DNA from: Eledone cirrhosa
Lineage: Eukaryota
DNA length: 64,000 nucleotides
Assembly (NCBI GenBank): GCA_964016885.1
Contig: OZ024743.1
Location: forward strand, 67,208,001-67,272,000
Direction: 5' to 3'
Positions 51,540 to 64,000 of the stretch are shown here, piece after piece (the first letter of the stretch is position 1; each line of letters opens with the position of its first letter). The notes below the pieces were generated by a model that saw only the letters and a program-made list of their open reading frames with translations, was not told the origin of the DNA and did not search any database. The position numbers and the translations under genes were made by a program.

Positions 51540-54500
51540 TACTAAACCCCTCTTGGCAATGTTCATCTTGTACAAATACATCTTAACCCCCCTCCCCCCG
51601 TCACACTAACATACCAACCAACACCACACTTACAGACAAAACACCTGCACAAACACAACTAGACTGTACAAATCCCACACACACATACAACCACACATTT
51701 TACAGACTGTACATACTGAGCAGCGCTCCCAGCAAAACAGTGACGCACTTTTAAATACCCATGTACATATAACCCTATTAGAAACACCTCGCCTCCAAAC
51801 ACGAACATTGCCATCTCCCATGTACATAATACCCAAACCCAATTCGCGACGTTAGCCATTTCCAACACTATCGGTCGAGCCCCACCCTTACCCATGTAAA
51901 TAAATACTGTCCTACCTGTACAAAAACCTTTGGACACCCTAAAACCCCCTTAATATGTAAATATTGTAGTCGCGCCTTCCATCTCAAATGTGCGCCAGAG
52001 ACAAGATCAACGCTCGACCGTCTTCTCCAACTAAGTGAATGGATTTGTGTCACATGTCAACAAAATTCCCTAGGTCCACCTCCTAATATTGTCCCACAGC
52101 CTTTAAACCGATCTAAACCACCAAGAAATACCATTTGTCAACTACGGATTCTTCAATGTAATGCAGACTTCCTACCGACCAAGATTACAAAATTGAAGCA
52201 GTTCATCACCTCCCACAGTGTTGATATCGCTTTGATTCAAGAAACAAAACTTGGACTAGAAGACCAGACACCGCATATAAATGGTTATGATTCCCTCAGA
52301 GAAAATCGACCGGGTAGCGGCACAAACACCATAGAGGTGGTGGCCTGCTGATCTATATACGCCAAATTATCCAACATACCCCCCCCCCCCCTCCACCGAC
52401 TGCAAGCCCTTTAGAATCACAAACAGTAATCATCCACATGAACAGCAGACGAGATTTCCCTATCACAAATGAGTACTTTCCACCGCAGAGGTCGGACTAC
52501 ACGCACTCCGACAATGAACACAGTTGGGCCAACCACCTACCTACAGAAAATGGTCTCATCTGTGGCGATTTGAATGCCCATCACTTAACATGGGACGAAT
52601 TTGCCAGACCAGATGCCAGAGGTGCGACTATAATGAATTGGCTGGAAGATCACGCAAAATCAACGCTCAATGATGGTTCGCCAACAAGGGCGGCGCGATA
52701 CCAACAAGGAGCAGGTGTGAGTACCCCAGATCTTACCATCGTAGATACCTATCTCGCAGATCAATTCACATGGGAAACCATGAACGAATTCGCGTCAGAG
52801 CATCTACCAATCCTAATTACCTGGGGAGCCGATCTCAAAGTGGAAGGACCAAACAGACAGATACGCCGCAACTACGAGAAAGCTGACTGGTCCACCTTCA
52901 AAAGGTGTCTCGATGAAGGAGTATTTCAAGTATCTGAACAAACTTCCCATTCCGACAAGTTGGTTGCCCTATCCGTTCTCCTAAAAAGGGCGTAGGACAA
53001 AGCGGTGCCAATTAAAGTCGTCCGTCGACGGGAGACACCCTGGATGAATCCAGAACTCAAAAGCTTAATCCGTAAGCGTAACAAATTGCGGCGTGACATG
53101 GGAAGAAACAGTGCTGAATGGATGGAGACCTGCAAAGAAATTGCAAGACTCACAGAAGAAGGAAAAAGGGAAGCGTGTCGAAATCCCTTACAAAAAATCT
53201 CAGACACGAAAGACACCAAGCAAGCATGGGCCACGGTAAAGTCATTATGTGGCAAAGCTTCAAAGTCAACTGGGAAATCTTTGACATATGAATGTACTGT
53301 CTACGCCAGCGACCGGTGGGAAGGCTGCAGCTTTTGTATGAGAGTATGCCACTATAAGTGGAAGAAAGGGCAACAAAAAATCAAGAAGGACAGGAAGAAT
53401 ATTGAAAAGAGAAATGAAAGACCTGCTCATTGCCCCCAGGCAAAGGATAGAAGCCGATTTCACCCTGGATGAACTCAACGCTGCAATTAAAAAGATCAAA
53501 GCACGTAAAACAGCAGGTCCAGATGAAATAGTGCCAGACCTTCTCAAACACCTAAGCAAATCTATTCAAATTGAACTTTTGCAAATTTTAAACCATAGTT
53601 GGACGAAAAATGGTGCCCAGAGTCTTGGCGGACGGCGACAATCATACCTTTCCACAAAAAAGGCAAAGATCCAGCAGAGGTAGGGAGCTACCGCCCAATA
53701 TAACTGACCTCAACAAAAGGAAAACTACTTGAAAGACTGATTGCTCCCCGTCTGTCATGGTGGCTCGAGGAGCATTCGATGCTCAGTCCCTAGCAGGCGG
53801 GTTTCAGGAAAGGACGCAGTACAACTGATCAATGCCTCCGACTCTCCCAATTCATCTCGGATGCGTTCCAATCGCCGCAGCACAAACGCACCCTAGCCAC
53901 CATTTTCGACTTTAGCAGGGCGTACGATCGTGTATGGAGAACCGGATTACTGCATCATGCTGAGGCTTGGTGTTCCCCTACGCTTTGTTGAATGGTTTTC
54001 GACATGGTTCGTGAACCGCACAGCGAGAGTCCGTCTTAATTCAACGACAGGTAGGAGCAGAGTGTTTAAAGAAGGCCTTCCACAAGGAGCCGTCCTGTCT
54101 ACAATTCTCTTCACGGTCTACATAAATAGCCTCCTAGATGGATTTGAAGAATCTACGCACGTCAGCGCCTACGCAGATGATCTGGCGATCGCGTGTAGCG
54201 GAAGGAATAAAGAATTAAGTAGTCGTCCTACTACAAAAAGAGGTTGACAAGTTAGCTGAATGGAGCAAGGAAGCTCGACTGCAGCTCAATATTAATAAAT
54301 GCGAGACAGCATTTTTCAGTCTTGATGGAGCAGAGGCAAAGTGGCAGCCCAGTATCGTAATAACCGGGAAGCAACTTTCTTGCAACCCTTTCCCAAAATT
54401 CCTGGGCATCACATACGATCGGCAGCTAACCTTTGGGGAACATGTGGAGAAGGTATGTCGAACTATCCAATCGAGAACGAACCTACTAAAAACTGTAGCA

Positions 54501-55735
54501 GGAACGACGTGGGGCTGGAAGAAGCCGGATCTTCGTCAAATCTACACTGCTGTACAACGAAGCATCGCAGAATATGCGACTCCGGCGTGGACACCCTGGT
54601 TGTCTGCCACCAACATCGGCAAGCTCGAAAGAGTACAACTAGACGTGGCTCGAGCCATCACCGGCCAAGTCAGAACCATGCTGACCGACACTGTGCTAGC
54701 AGAATCCAAGTTACCGTCGCTCTCCTCCAGATTCTCGACATTTGCACTGCTTAAAGCTGATCACTGGGCAAACCTACCAAAGTCGGACGAACGGCACAAA
54801 GTTTTCAATACCAGTTGCCGAAAAAGGCTAAGAAAGACAGACTGGAGAGGCAACCAATCCCAGCACCTGGCACGACTACATCTTATCCCCCCGACACCCC
54901 TACCCAAAGACCCAGAACCTCCCCCATGGCTACCCCCCCCCATATATGTAATCTACACCAATACCTCAAAGTCCCAAAACGCAAACCAACAACTGACGGC
55001 AGCCTTAGACACCATATCAAGCCTCGCCCCGTCAGATGTTCAAATCTACACCGATGGGTCTACAAAAGAAGGTACTACCGATGGCGGAGCTGGTATGGTC
55101 ATCATGAAAGATGGTGAGGTCGTCCACAAGTGGCGTACAGCAACAGGCGCTAGAAGTAGCTCCTTTCACTCAGAAAAAGCTACGCTTAAAGAAGCCATCC
55201 ACTGGTTACAAACCAATAACGCAAAATGGACTTCGGCGACCATCATCTGCGACTGTAAATCTCTAGTTCAGGCAATCGACAACTCTTCCCCCAAAGATCC
55301 CACTATAACAGAACTCCAGGCAACAGTTAACAACCTCGGAGAAGACAAAAAACCTAACTGTTGTATGCGTCCCTGGTCACTGTAATCTACAAGGGAATGA
55401 ACTAGCAGACAAACTCGCAAAGCAGGGCTGCTCACTTTCACAACCTAAAACCCATGCTAACCATGCCATGAGACAAGCTCTCATCAAAAGCACCCTTCAC
55501 CCATGAGAGAATTATTCAAACCTTCAGCAAACCGGCGGACGAGAGAGTCGAAAACGTTATAGACAAAGCAGATCTCACCCACCTTATCCGCTTCAGAAGT
55601 GGGCACCATCCAGCACTTCGCAGGTGGCAGCTACTGACTGACAAATGTGAAGACAGCACTTGCAGACTCTGCGGTGAAGAGGAGGCGGAGTCTGAAAACC
55701 TCTGGCTATTATGCCCTGCATTGACGATCTGTTAG
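51540..55735 (+). mobile_element. Ingi/I-group LINE with PHD-APE-RT-RNase H-zinc finger architecture, decayed
   Basis: PHD at 51908-52057; APE (ILQCNA, IQETKL, GDLNAH, TPDLT, SEHLPI); RT (GPDEI, GLPQGAVLS, AYADD); RNase H (IYTDGS, DCKS, GNELAD); CRLCG. Confidence 0.88.
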
Positions 55736-56289
55736 CTACCTACACAGTATGAACTGAAAGCTTCTTATCATGTAATGCAGCGTTCAGGAAAGTTGGCGGA
55801 GGGGAGTATTGGTGGAGTGGGGAGGGGAATGTTGGAGTGGGGAGGGGAATGGTGGAGTGGGGAGGGGAATGGAGTGGTGGGTAGCGGGAGAGTGGAATGG
55901 GGGGTAGCGGGGGGGGAGTGGAGTGGGAGAGTGGTGGGTAGCGTGGGAGTGGAGTGGTGGGTAGGGAGTGGAGTGGAGTGGTGGGTAGGTAGTGAATGGA
56001 GAGGTGGGTAGGTAGCGAATGGAGAGGTGGGTAGGTAGCGAATGGAGAGGTGGGTAGCGGGGGAGTGGAGGGTAGAGGGAAATTGAGTGGAGTATACATA
56101 TGGGTTAGTAATGAATGGAGTGCTGTGTAGGTGTAATAGAGAGAGGGATTGTATTGGAGTATAGGTATGAGAGTAGGTGGGGGGAGGGGAGGGGTGTTAA
56201 AATATCGTGTACAATTCAGGGTGTATTAAGTATAATATAAAGTGCACGCTTCGCAATTAATAATGTGCACGTGTATGCATACAATTAAA

Positions 56290-56377
<88 letters not shown>

Positions 56378-56659
56378 GTGGGGGGCGGTTAGAGAATATA
56401 AAATATATAGTGTGTAAATAATATATGCTATATATATATTTAGCATATTTATATATATATAGTGTGTATATATGTATATGCACACGCAGTACACGCTCAC
56501 ATATACATAAGTATATGCGGGTCTACGTAGTGCAAATTGCATATATGTTTGTATGTATGGGTGTTGAACGCATTACAACTGAGTGAGATCAAAGGACAGG
56601 ATAATTATATATGATGTACTGACTGCCAGCACCCCCACCATACCCAGTTCTACCACTAC

Positions 56660-56775
56660 AACCACTACCAGACCCAGTACAACCACTACCAGACCCAGTA
56701 CAACCACCACCAGTCCCAGTACAACCACCACCAGTCCCAGTACAACCACCACCAGCCCCAGTACAACCACCACTA
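56660..56775. repeat. 21-bp tandem repeat, about 5 copies
   Basis: (CCCAGTACAACCACYACCAGN)n. Confidence 0.85.
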
Positions 56776-57092
56776 CTATTTTGAAATGAATGTCATAAGT
56801 ACCATTCATGATAATTACACGCTAAGACATAAAAAAGATGTGTTCAATCATATTTATACACACACACATATGCATGCATAAACTTATATACACTGATATA
56901 CGTATATCGTACATACATATGAATATATATAGGCATGCATATGCAGCCACATCTAATTACTGAGACCAACAAAAGAAGTACTATATATATATAAAGTTAT
57001 ATCTGTATATATTGAGAGAGAGAGAGAGAGAGAAAGAGAAAGAGAAAGAGAGAAAGAGAAAGAGAGAGAGAGAGAGAAAGAGATAGAGAGAA

Positions 57093-57151
<59 letters not shown>

Positions 57152-57643
57152 GATAGAAAGAGAGAAAGAGAAAGAAAGAGAGAGAGAGAGACTTGTCAAT
57201 GTGTATACATATTATTTAAATATATAAACATGTCAGAAAATACGATTCTCACTTTAAATTGAATAAATTATGAATAACTTTAATCAATATTCGGACCTAG
57301 TTGGGTCTTTATCATCTGAAGGTGGGTATATCGTATAAACAAACAAAATGAAACGCGTTATTTGATGGACTTAACTACCACCACGAGCACTGATTATATA
57401 AAATGAGTACCTCCATTTTAGAATACTAAGAGCGAATCTATATATATAAAACTGTTGTCTGTCTGTCTGAGGATAGTAGACGTCTTTCATATCGGCTCTT
57501 CGATTTGGAATGTTTACCTGGAATATTTGTGAGTGCATTATTTGAATTGTTTTTTATTATTGACTCTAACCCCTAGTCTGGGACTGTGACGTAGGGTAAA
57601 TATATTTTCACCCCTTTTGGGGTGAAAAATATTTAATTCAGAA

Positions 57644-59398
57644 ATGTTTATCGATATCGTTGAAAACGATATCGCCATATTGGAATCTAACGCCACGCCT
57701 ACCAAAAAAAAATAAGCGAGAAAGAGGGAACAACAGTTCAAACTGTTGAACAGCCCCTCTTCTCCAATGAAAAAAAAAAAGAATATTAATTCGAATGAAA
57801 ACCTAAATTTTGAAGAAAAAAATAACACCACAAATAATGAAACCAACAACATTACAACAACAAGCAACAAAGACAACAAAATTTCTTTTGCCCAAACGGC
57901 CAGGAAAGCTATTGAATACAAGCCCATAGATATTACTAAAGCTAAGCAAAATTTGCTAGATGCCAGAAAATACGTATCTTTTGGGGAGGATGGTTCTTTT
58001 ACGATCAACTCCCCAGAAGAAGTGCGTCAACAGGTATATAGGAATACCATAACCTACAGGACTATAACCAACGCAACAAGAAAGCCAGCTCAATTGACAG
58101 AAAGTCAAATTCAGCTGGTTCTGAAAGACATAAAAAAAGACATACTCTTTATTGAAAGAGGAGAGCTGTATGCCAGCATTATGGTCCGAATGAAGGACGA
58201 AATGCTGGCTCAAAAATATTCGTTGGCACCTATAGTGTCACCACAATGCACCTTCTTCCCCACATATAAAGGAAGAAGAACACAAAGAATAAGAATGTGG
58301 AGCCCAAAGCCAGAAGTTAACATCTGGTCCGTCCTAACAGGATTTACGGACCTAGAAAAGGTCATCCTTATTTCAGCAGAGGAGTCCACCAGTGGACTGT
58401 TCGGGGGGAAAAGTCTGGAGGTTCTCTTACAGATGACACCTGAGAGAATCTCCGGAATATCCGACCGAGTCCTACTGGATGGGCGAACCTTCATAAATAT
58501 TACGGTGGAAGGCAGGAGACCCTCATGTTACCACTGCGCTGGCAGAGGTCACCTGAGGACGGCCTGCCCTCTACTAACAAGAAAAAAACCACTGCTACTA
58601 ACACCACAACAACAACAAAAACAACCAGCACCACCACCACAAAAACAATAAAATACACTACCATCACCACCACAACGACAACAAAAACCAACAACAACAC
58701 CTCCACCACCACAACAGCAACATCAACAACAGCACAAGAAAACAAGCCAAAACACGGTCCCACCCAGCCCCTCCCCACAGAACACAAATACGAAAACACA
58801 CGCAGTTCATACACAACCCGGAGATATACCCTCCCCTCCAATACGGAAGAGGAGCTCATATCGTCGGAAGACGAGGGGGGCTCCCTTCCAAAAAGTGAAA
58901 AGAAAAAAACGTACACACACCACACAAACAAAAATAACCCCACCTGAGAACACAACACAGACAACAAAACGCAAACTCACTCAAGAACAACAAGCAAAAA
59001 CAAACACAACACAAAAACTCTACACATACATAAACAAAAACAATAAAAACCTAACTGAAAAAATAGAAAACAACCCTTCGATACAAACCGAAGGGCCGAA
59101 TTTCGTAACGGCAATGGGACTCCCTAAACTGAAAATGGTGAAAGTCCCACTTGACATTTTCAAAACTTTGAAAAACATTTACCCTGAGAACGTGGGACCA
59201 CCCTGCACCAGGCCACTCAACCGCGTCCTCCTGAAAGGTTTTCCCCTCCCCTCCTCAAACAACCACACAACTCCAAACACCCCAACCCCTCCACACACTA
59301 ATACCCCCACACCACCTCAAACCACCACCCCACCCATCAACCCCTCCACCAGCCCCATGGAAACTGAGCGGCCCGAACCCCGGGACGCAGAGAGGTAA
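57644..59398 (+). pseudogene. ORF1 (gag-like, CCHC knuckle, low-complexity linker, conserved C-terminal module)
   Basis: ATG 57644 is in frame with ORF 57746 through one stop; RRPSCYHCAGRGHLRTAC; later stops and frameshifts. Confidence 0.85.
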
Positions 59399-59421
59399 GT
59401 GCCTCTTTCTTTTCCACCAAC

Positions 59422-62400
59422 ATGGCTGTGTTAAGAGTAGGTTGTCTAAATGCGCGTGGCCTAGGCTCACCTTGGAAGCAAGCTAAACTTCTAAGTGACC
59501 TCAGGTCACAATGTATAAATGTGATGGTTATTTGCGAGGCCCGGATCAGCAGCATGCGACAGCTAACCCCCACCTTTGATGACTTTGAGATGCACGCATC
59601 TCTCTGTCAACCCGGAGGTGGGGGTGGGGTTGTCGTTCTGCTACAAAAACATCTGGGTCTCGCTACACAGACGGTACACTTGGACCAGGAGGGTCGACTC
59701 GTGGTTCTGGACCTTGGCAATGGTGAAGGCGAAGCTTTTAGGCTTGTCGCCGTATACACACCTTTTGGGGCAATGCGGTCGGACTCCTTCCATCGTCTGG
59801 AGACTTTTCTAGGGACGTCCCGCTCCTTGCTTTTAGTGGGGGACTGGAATGGTATCCTAGATGCACGTTGGGACTATGTAGGGGCATGTCCCGATAGAGG
59901 GGGGTGTAACAGCCTTAAGGGGTTAATCGGCCGATTTGACCTGGCCGATAGATACCGACTAGATTTTCCGACTGTGCCAACCTGGACTTGGTCAAATAAC
60001 AGTGGTCAATCTAGATCGTACCTAGATAGGTTCTTAGTTAGAATTAAGGATAGGGACTTTTTAAGTTGTCCAGAAATGCTCATGGTGGGCTATTCAGACC
60101 ACAAGTTAGTGACCTGCGTAGTCTACCTTGATAGAACGTATAGGCAGGGGCCCGGTTACTGGAAGCTCAACTTGTCCTTACCGTCAAGTAGAGCTTACAG
60201 GGACCGGATTAGAACCTTAGTTAAGGAGCGGTTGACGGGCGCCATCGTCAACAGCAGGTGGTGGGGCTCTCTAAAAAGAGAGATTAGAGTAGTTTCAATA
60301 GGAGTTAGTAAGGAGTTAGCCTCAGATAGAAATAGGATGGAAAGGGAGTTGGTAGTTAATGTTGAAGAGACAATGAGAAGCGGCAACGTGGCCAGAGTGC
60401 AAGCGTCGAGAACGGTCTTGAACCAGTTCTTCGACGCAAAACACGAAGGCTGCGTTGTCCGAAGCAAAATACGTGCTCTGGGAAACGAGGGGACCAAAGC
60501 TGTTAGCTGGGCCCGCGTGACAGAAGCGGAAAGTGGGATTAAATCCACTATCCGGTCTTTGCGAGACCAGGATTGACGGTTGATCCTAGAACCTAAGCAA
60601 ATGTGCGAGGCCTTTCAAAGGCACTTTGCCCGATTGTTCGGGAGGGGCGGGGGGCCGGTTGGGGATGTGGATTTCGGTCCATACCTCGACGGCCTGCTTC
60701 GTCTTTCGGACAAGGAGGCGAGGTCCTGCGACGGGCCGATCTCAGCTGCTGTAATAGGGGACGTGCTGAGCCTATGCGGCAAACGCAAATCTTCAGGGCT
60801 CGATGGTCTGCCCTACGAACTATATATTAATATGCCGGACTTGTTCCCCAATCTCCTAAGGCGGTCTACTGCAACTGGCAACAGAGCGGGAGAATTCCCT
60901 GTTCTGTGACCTAGGGCGTAGTCTCGCTAGTGAGGAAGGACGAGAACAAGGGGGATGATATTAGTAATTTTAGGCCTATAACTCTGCTAAATGCAGAGTT
61001 AAAGATTTTGGCCAAGGTGTTAGCGAAGAGGTTGGCGCTTGTCGTGGGGGGCCTGGTGGGAGATGCGCAGACATGCGCTATCCAGTCCAGGTCCATCCAC
61101 GACAACCTCCACCTCATGCGATACATCATAGAGAGGGTTGGGAACGAACCCGGCTTTGGTGGGGCCCTGATGAATTTAGATCAGTCTAAAGCGTTCGATA
61201 GGGTGGACCATGGTTAGCTGGATGCGGTGCTAGCGGCGGCTGGGTTCGGACCCGTTTTCAGGGGCTGGATCACTGCCATGCACAACAGCCGCATCTGCTC
61301 TAGAGTCAAGGTGAATGGCAACCTTTCGGAGCCGTTCGAAATCACCCGCTCCATCCGACAGGGGTGCACTCTCTCCTCCCTTCTGTATGTATTGGCTCTC
61401 GAGCCACTACTGCGGAAGTTGGAGTTGTTGCAGGGCATCCCTTTGGAACCGGGATTGCGCAAAGCGGTGTCGGCCTACGCCGATGACGTAACAGTAATGG
61501 TGTCGACCACCTCGGAAATCGAGGCAATCGGCACCTTACTGGAGGAGTATGAAAGGTTGACAGGGGCTAAGCTGAACCGGGACAAGTCAGTCGCTTTGCA
61601 ACTCGGCGAGTGGAGGGGAAAAGCGATGTCGTGCGACGGTATCGTCGGACGGTGGACGGAGGGCCCGGTGAAGTTGTTTGGGGTCTGGTTAGGACCGGAC
61701 CTCCAGGTGGAGGTGGCGAACGCTTACATAGCGTCCGTCATCTATTACCGCTTGACTGTCGTGCCTTGCCCGGGTGAGATCCTCGCCAAAATGGAGCGCG
61801 CCCTCTTTTATTTCCTTTGGAAGAAGAGGTCTCCTCTGGTGAGGAGATCCATCTGCTGTCAACACCCTTTGAAAGGGGGGCTGGGGATGCCGTGGCTAAA
61901 AATGCGTAAACACTCATTGAGGCTAAGGCACCTCCAGGTATTCCTCACCGGTCAACTGGTGTGGGCCCCGTTTGTGAGGCGAGCCTTCCCGAGGCTCGTC
62001 TCGCTCTCCGAGCTGCAGTCCTGGGTGAAGCAAAGACCGAGAAAACTGGGCGACTGGCACACCGAGTGTGCCCAGGCGCTCACGGCTCTCTGGCAGGTGG
62101 ACCCGGCTATCGACGGAGACTCCACCTCGTCATTCTATAGAGGGCTGGTGGTTAGCGGGTGCGACGACGCCCTCGGAGAAACCCTAGGCACGGAGGAGGA
62201 CGAACTGGCCAGTCTATTCGGTAGGACTTTCGGCCCGGGACCTATGGACAACTTCCAGAAGTCCTTGGCCTGGCACTGCTACCTAGGGGCGCTGCCCGTT
62301 CGGGATAAGCTCTACAGACACGGGCGCCCGGGTAGGGACCCCTCGAAAAAGATCTGTCCCAGATGCGTGCGCGACGAGGAAACCGTGCGCGCACGCATTG

Positions 62401-62773
62401 GTGCACTTCCCGGGCGTTGCCGATCTGTGGGGCTATGTCGAACAACTGCTGTCACGGGCGGGACCAATTAGGTTGACCACCGAGTCCATTGTAACGATAA
62501 AGCCGCCTCCCCCTTCAAAAATGAAGGAGAGGCGGTCTTCCTCTGTGTAATAGCCATGGTAAAAGAGGCTATATGGTGGACGTGTCTGAAAGGGCTGAGG
62601 TCGGACACATTTCTCTCCGGCCAACAACTGGTCCTTTTCTTCCGATACCATTTCGGAAGAAGGATCAGGATGGAGAGAGAGAGGTGCTCCACTCCAGCCA
62701 GTTTTATGAAAGGTGGGTGAAAGTTGCGAGAATGGCCCGTGTGAATGGGCCTTCTCTCTACCTCAGCCTGTAG
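59422..62773 (+). pseudogene. ORF2 (APE + RT + C-terminal zinc-binding region), disrupted
   Basis: GCLNARG, GDWN, YLDR, SDH, GYWKLN, NFRPITLLN, DQSKAFDRV, RQGC, AYADD, GGLG and CPRC...EETV. Confidence 0.92.
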
Positions 62774-63407
62774 GTGGAACAGGAAGAAGGGAGCACCCTC
62801 TCTTTGTGCTCCCGTGGAGAAGGGTCGCACACTTTTTTTCGGGTGTGTGTGTGACCCCAAAACGATCCCTCCCTATTGAGGACCTTCTTGTTACTATTTT
62901 GTTTGTTATATTTTTCTTACTCGACTTTTATGTAAACTCCCCCCACCCATGTACATGTCCCTTTCTTTTGTGCCCTAGTGGCAAATAATCAGAAATTTGT
63001 CTGTCTGTCTGTGTGTGTGCCCTCATTTTTGCAAAGTCTATGAAAACCCACATTTCTACTCCAATTGACTTCAAACTTGCATTTATATATTCCTTGCGGT
63101 CTAAAGATATTAGCTGTAGCTTTTTCCCCCCAATTTTCTGTTGTTAAAGGGGTGTTAGGCGCCGGTTATCCATCTCCGTCGCACTCTTATAGTATCTGTC
63201 TGTATTACGACATTCTGACGAACATTGATGACGTATTATGTTCGCTATTATCCGTTCATTGACAGGGAATGTCTTCACGAACCAAAGTATCGTCTTCCTG
63301 TTTTCCTTCGGTTTTCGAAATATTTACTTCTGCGTTCACAGATTGATGGTTTAGTTTCAGAAGAAACCGTTAAGGGTGAGAGCATCGATTCTTTGCTCAA
63401 ACTTTAA

Positions 63408-63774
63408 TCTATATATAAACTGCGAGCGAGCGAGCGTGCGTGAAACCCTAGAAGTACCCAACCGATCTTTTTCAAACTTTACATGTGTATTACTTATATT
63501 TTGAGGCGTTACGTCTAGCCGATATTTCCCGAAATTTCAAGGCACTTTATGCAGATGCAAATATTCATTTTCTTGATTCCCTAGGGACCGCATTAGGTGA
63601 AAATCTGCCTTTTTCCTGCTTCATGGAGGATAATCTTAGATTATCCAGCCATCAGAGTATTCGGTTTATTTTCTTTACCTATTGTCCAGGCATGCAGTTT
63701 TTCCACGATTAGGTCTGTTGGCGGCCCGCGTTCCAAAATACCTTATCCTGTGCAACGCCGGGTACCACTTCTAG
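63408..63774 (+). mobile_element. Complete 367-bp non-autonomous Helitron
   Basis: A|TC start, CCTGTGCAACGCCGGG hairpin, CTAG|T end and no TSD. Confidence 0.85.
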
Positions 63775-63804
63775 TGTGTTTATAAGAAACCACGATAATA
63801 TATA

Positions 63805-63855
<51 letters not shown>

Positions 63856-64000
63856 ATCGCCATCGATGAATGCGAGAAAGTTCTCCAGGAATCTTTAAAA
63901 ATCTTCCCACCGAAGTTAAAGGACTTACTAGATCTACCAACTCATAATATTATAATATTAAAAAATTAAATTAATTTGTTTAGAACTACAAGTGAAGTCA

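Larger units (their letters stand above)
57470..62996 (+). mobile_element. Full-length (about 5.5 kb) Tx1/L1-clade LINE with 15-bp TSD
   Basis: TSD TTGTCTGTCTGTCTG at 57455-57469 and 62997-63011; ORF1 plus ORF2; no poly(A) tail. Confidence 0.93.
57437..63800 (+). mobile_element. Non-autonomous Helitron split by a Tx1 LINE and by a second Helitron
   Basis: 5' A|TCTATATATATAAAACTGTTGTCTGTCTG at 57437; continues at 63012-63407 (homologous to 17778-17870) and after 63775. Confidence 0.7.

Overview
This is an AT-rich animal genomic window, most likely from an octopod cephalopod; that assignment is inferred from the SINE family and the microsatellite style, not proven. It is almost entirely transposable elements and simple repeats, and no host gene can be called confidently. 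Retroelements: a decayed near-full-length RTE LINE (1-3.3 kb), three Tx1/L1-clade LINE copies (one full-length with a 15-bp TSD), two head-to-tail RNase H-containing Ingi/I-group LINEs (one with PHD fingers fused in front of its endonuclease), a Penelope-like element with inverted LTR remnants, and more than 15 copies of a tRNA-headed SINE. DNA elements: an internally deleted Helitron and several non-autonomous Helitrons. The most interesting signals are five: (1) the SINE 3' tail matches the 3' end of the Tx1 LINEs, suggesting a Tx1-SINE partnership; (2) a 59-bp-arm palindrome contains a foldable hammerhead ribozyme; (3) a second SINE form has a tail resembling a decayed Penelope hammerhead LTR; (4) PHD fingers are fused to the LINE endonuclease; (5) an unnamed domain is conserved at the C-terminus of Tx1 ORF1. 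Most of the long ORFs in the supplied track are artefacts of microsatellites. All alignments were made by eye, and boundaries not fixed by a TSD or terminal motif are approximate.
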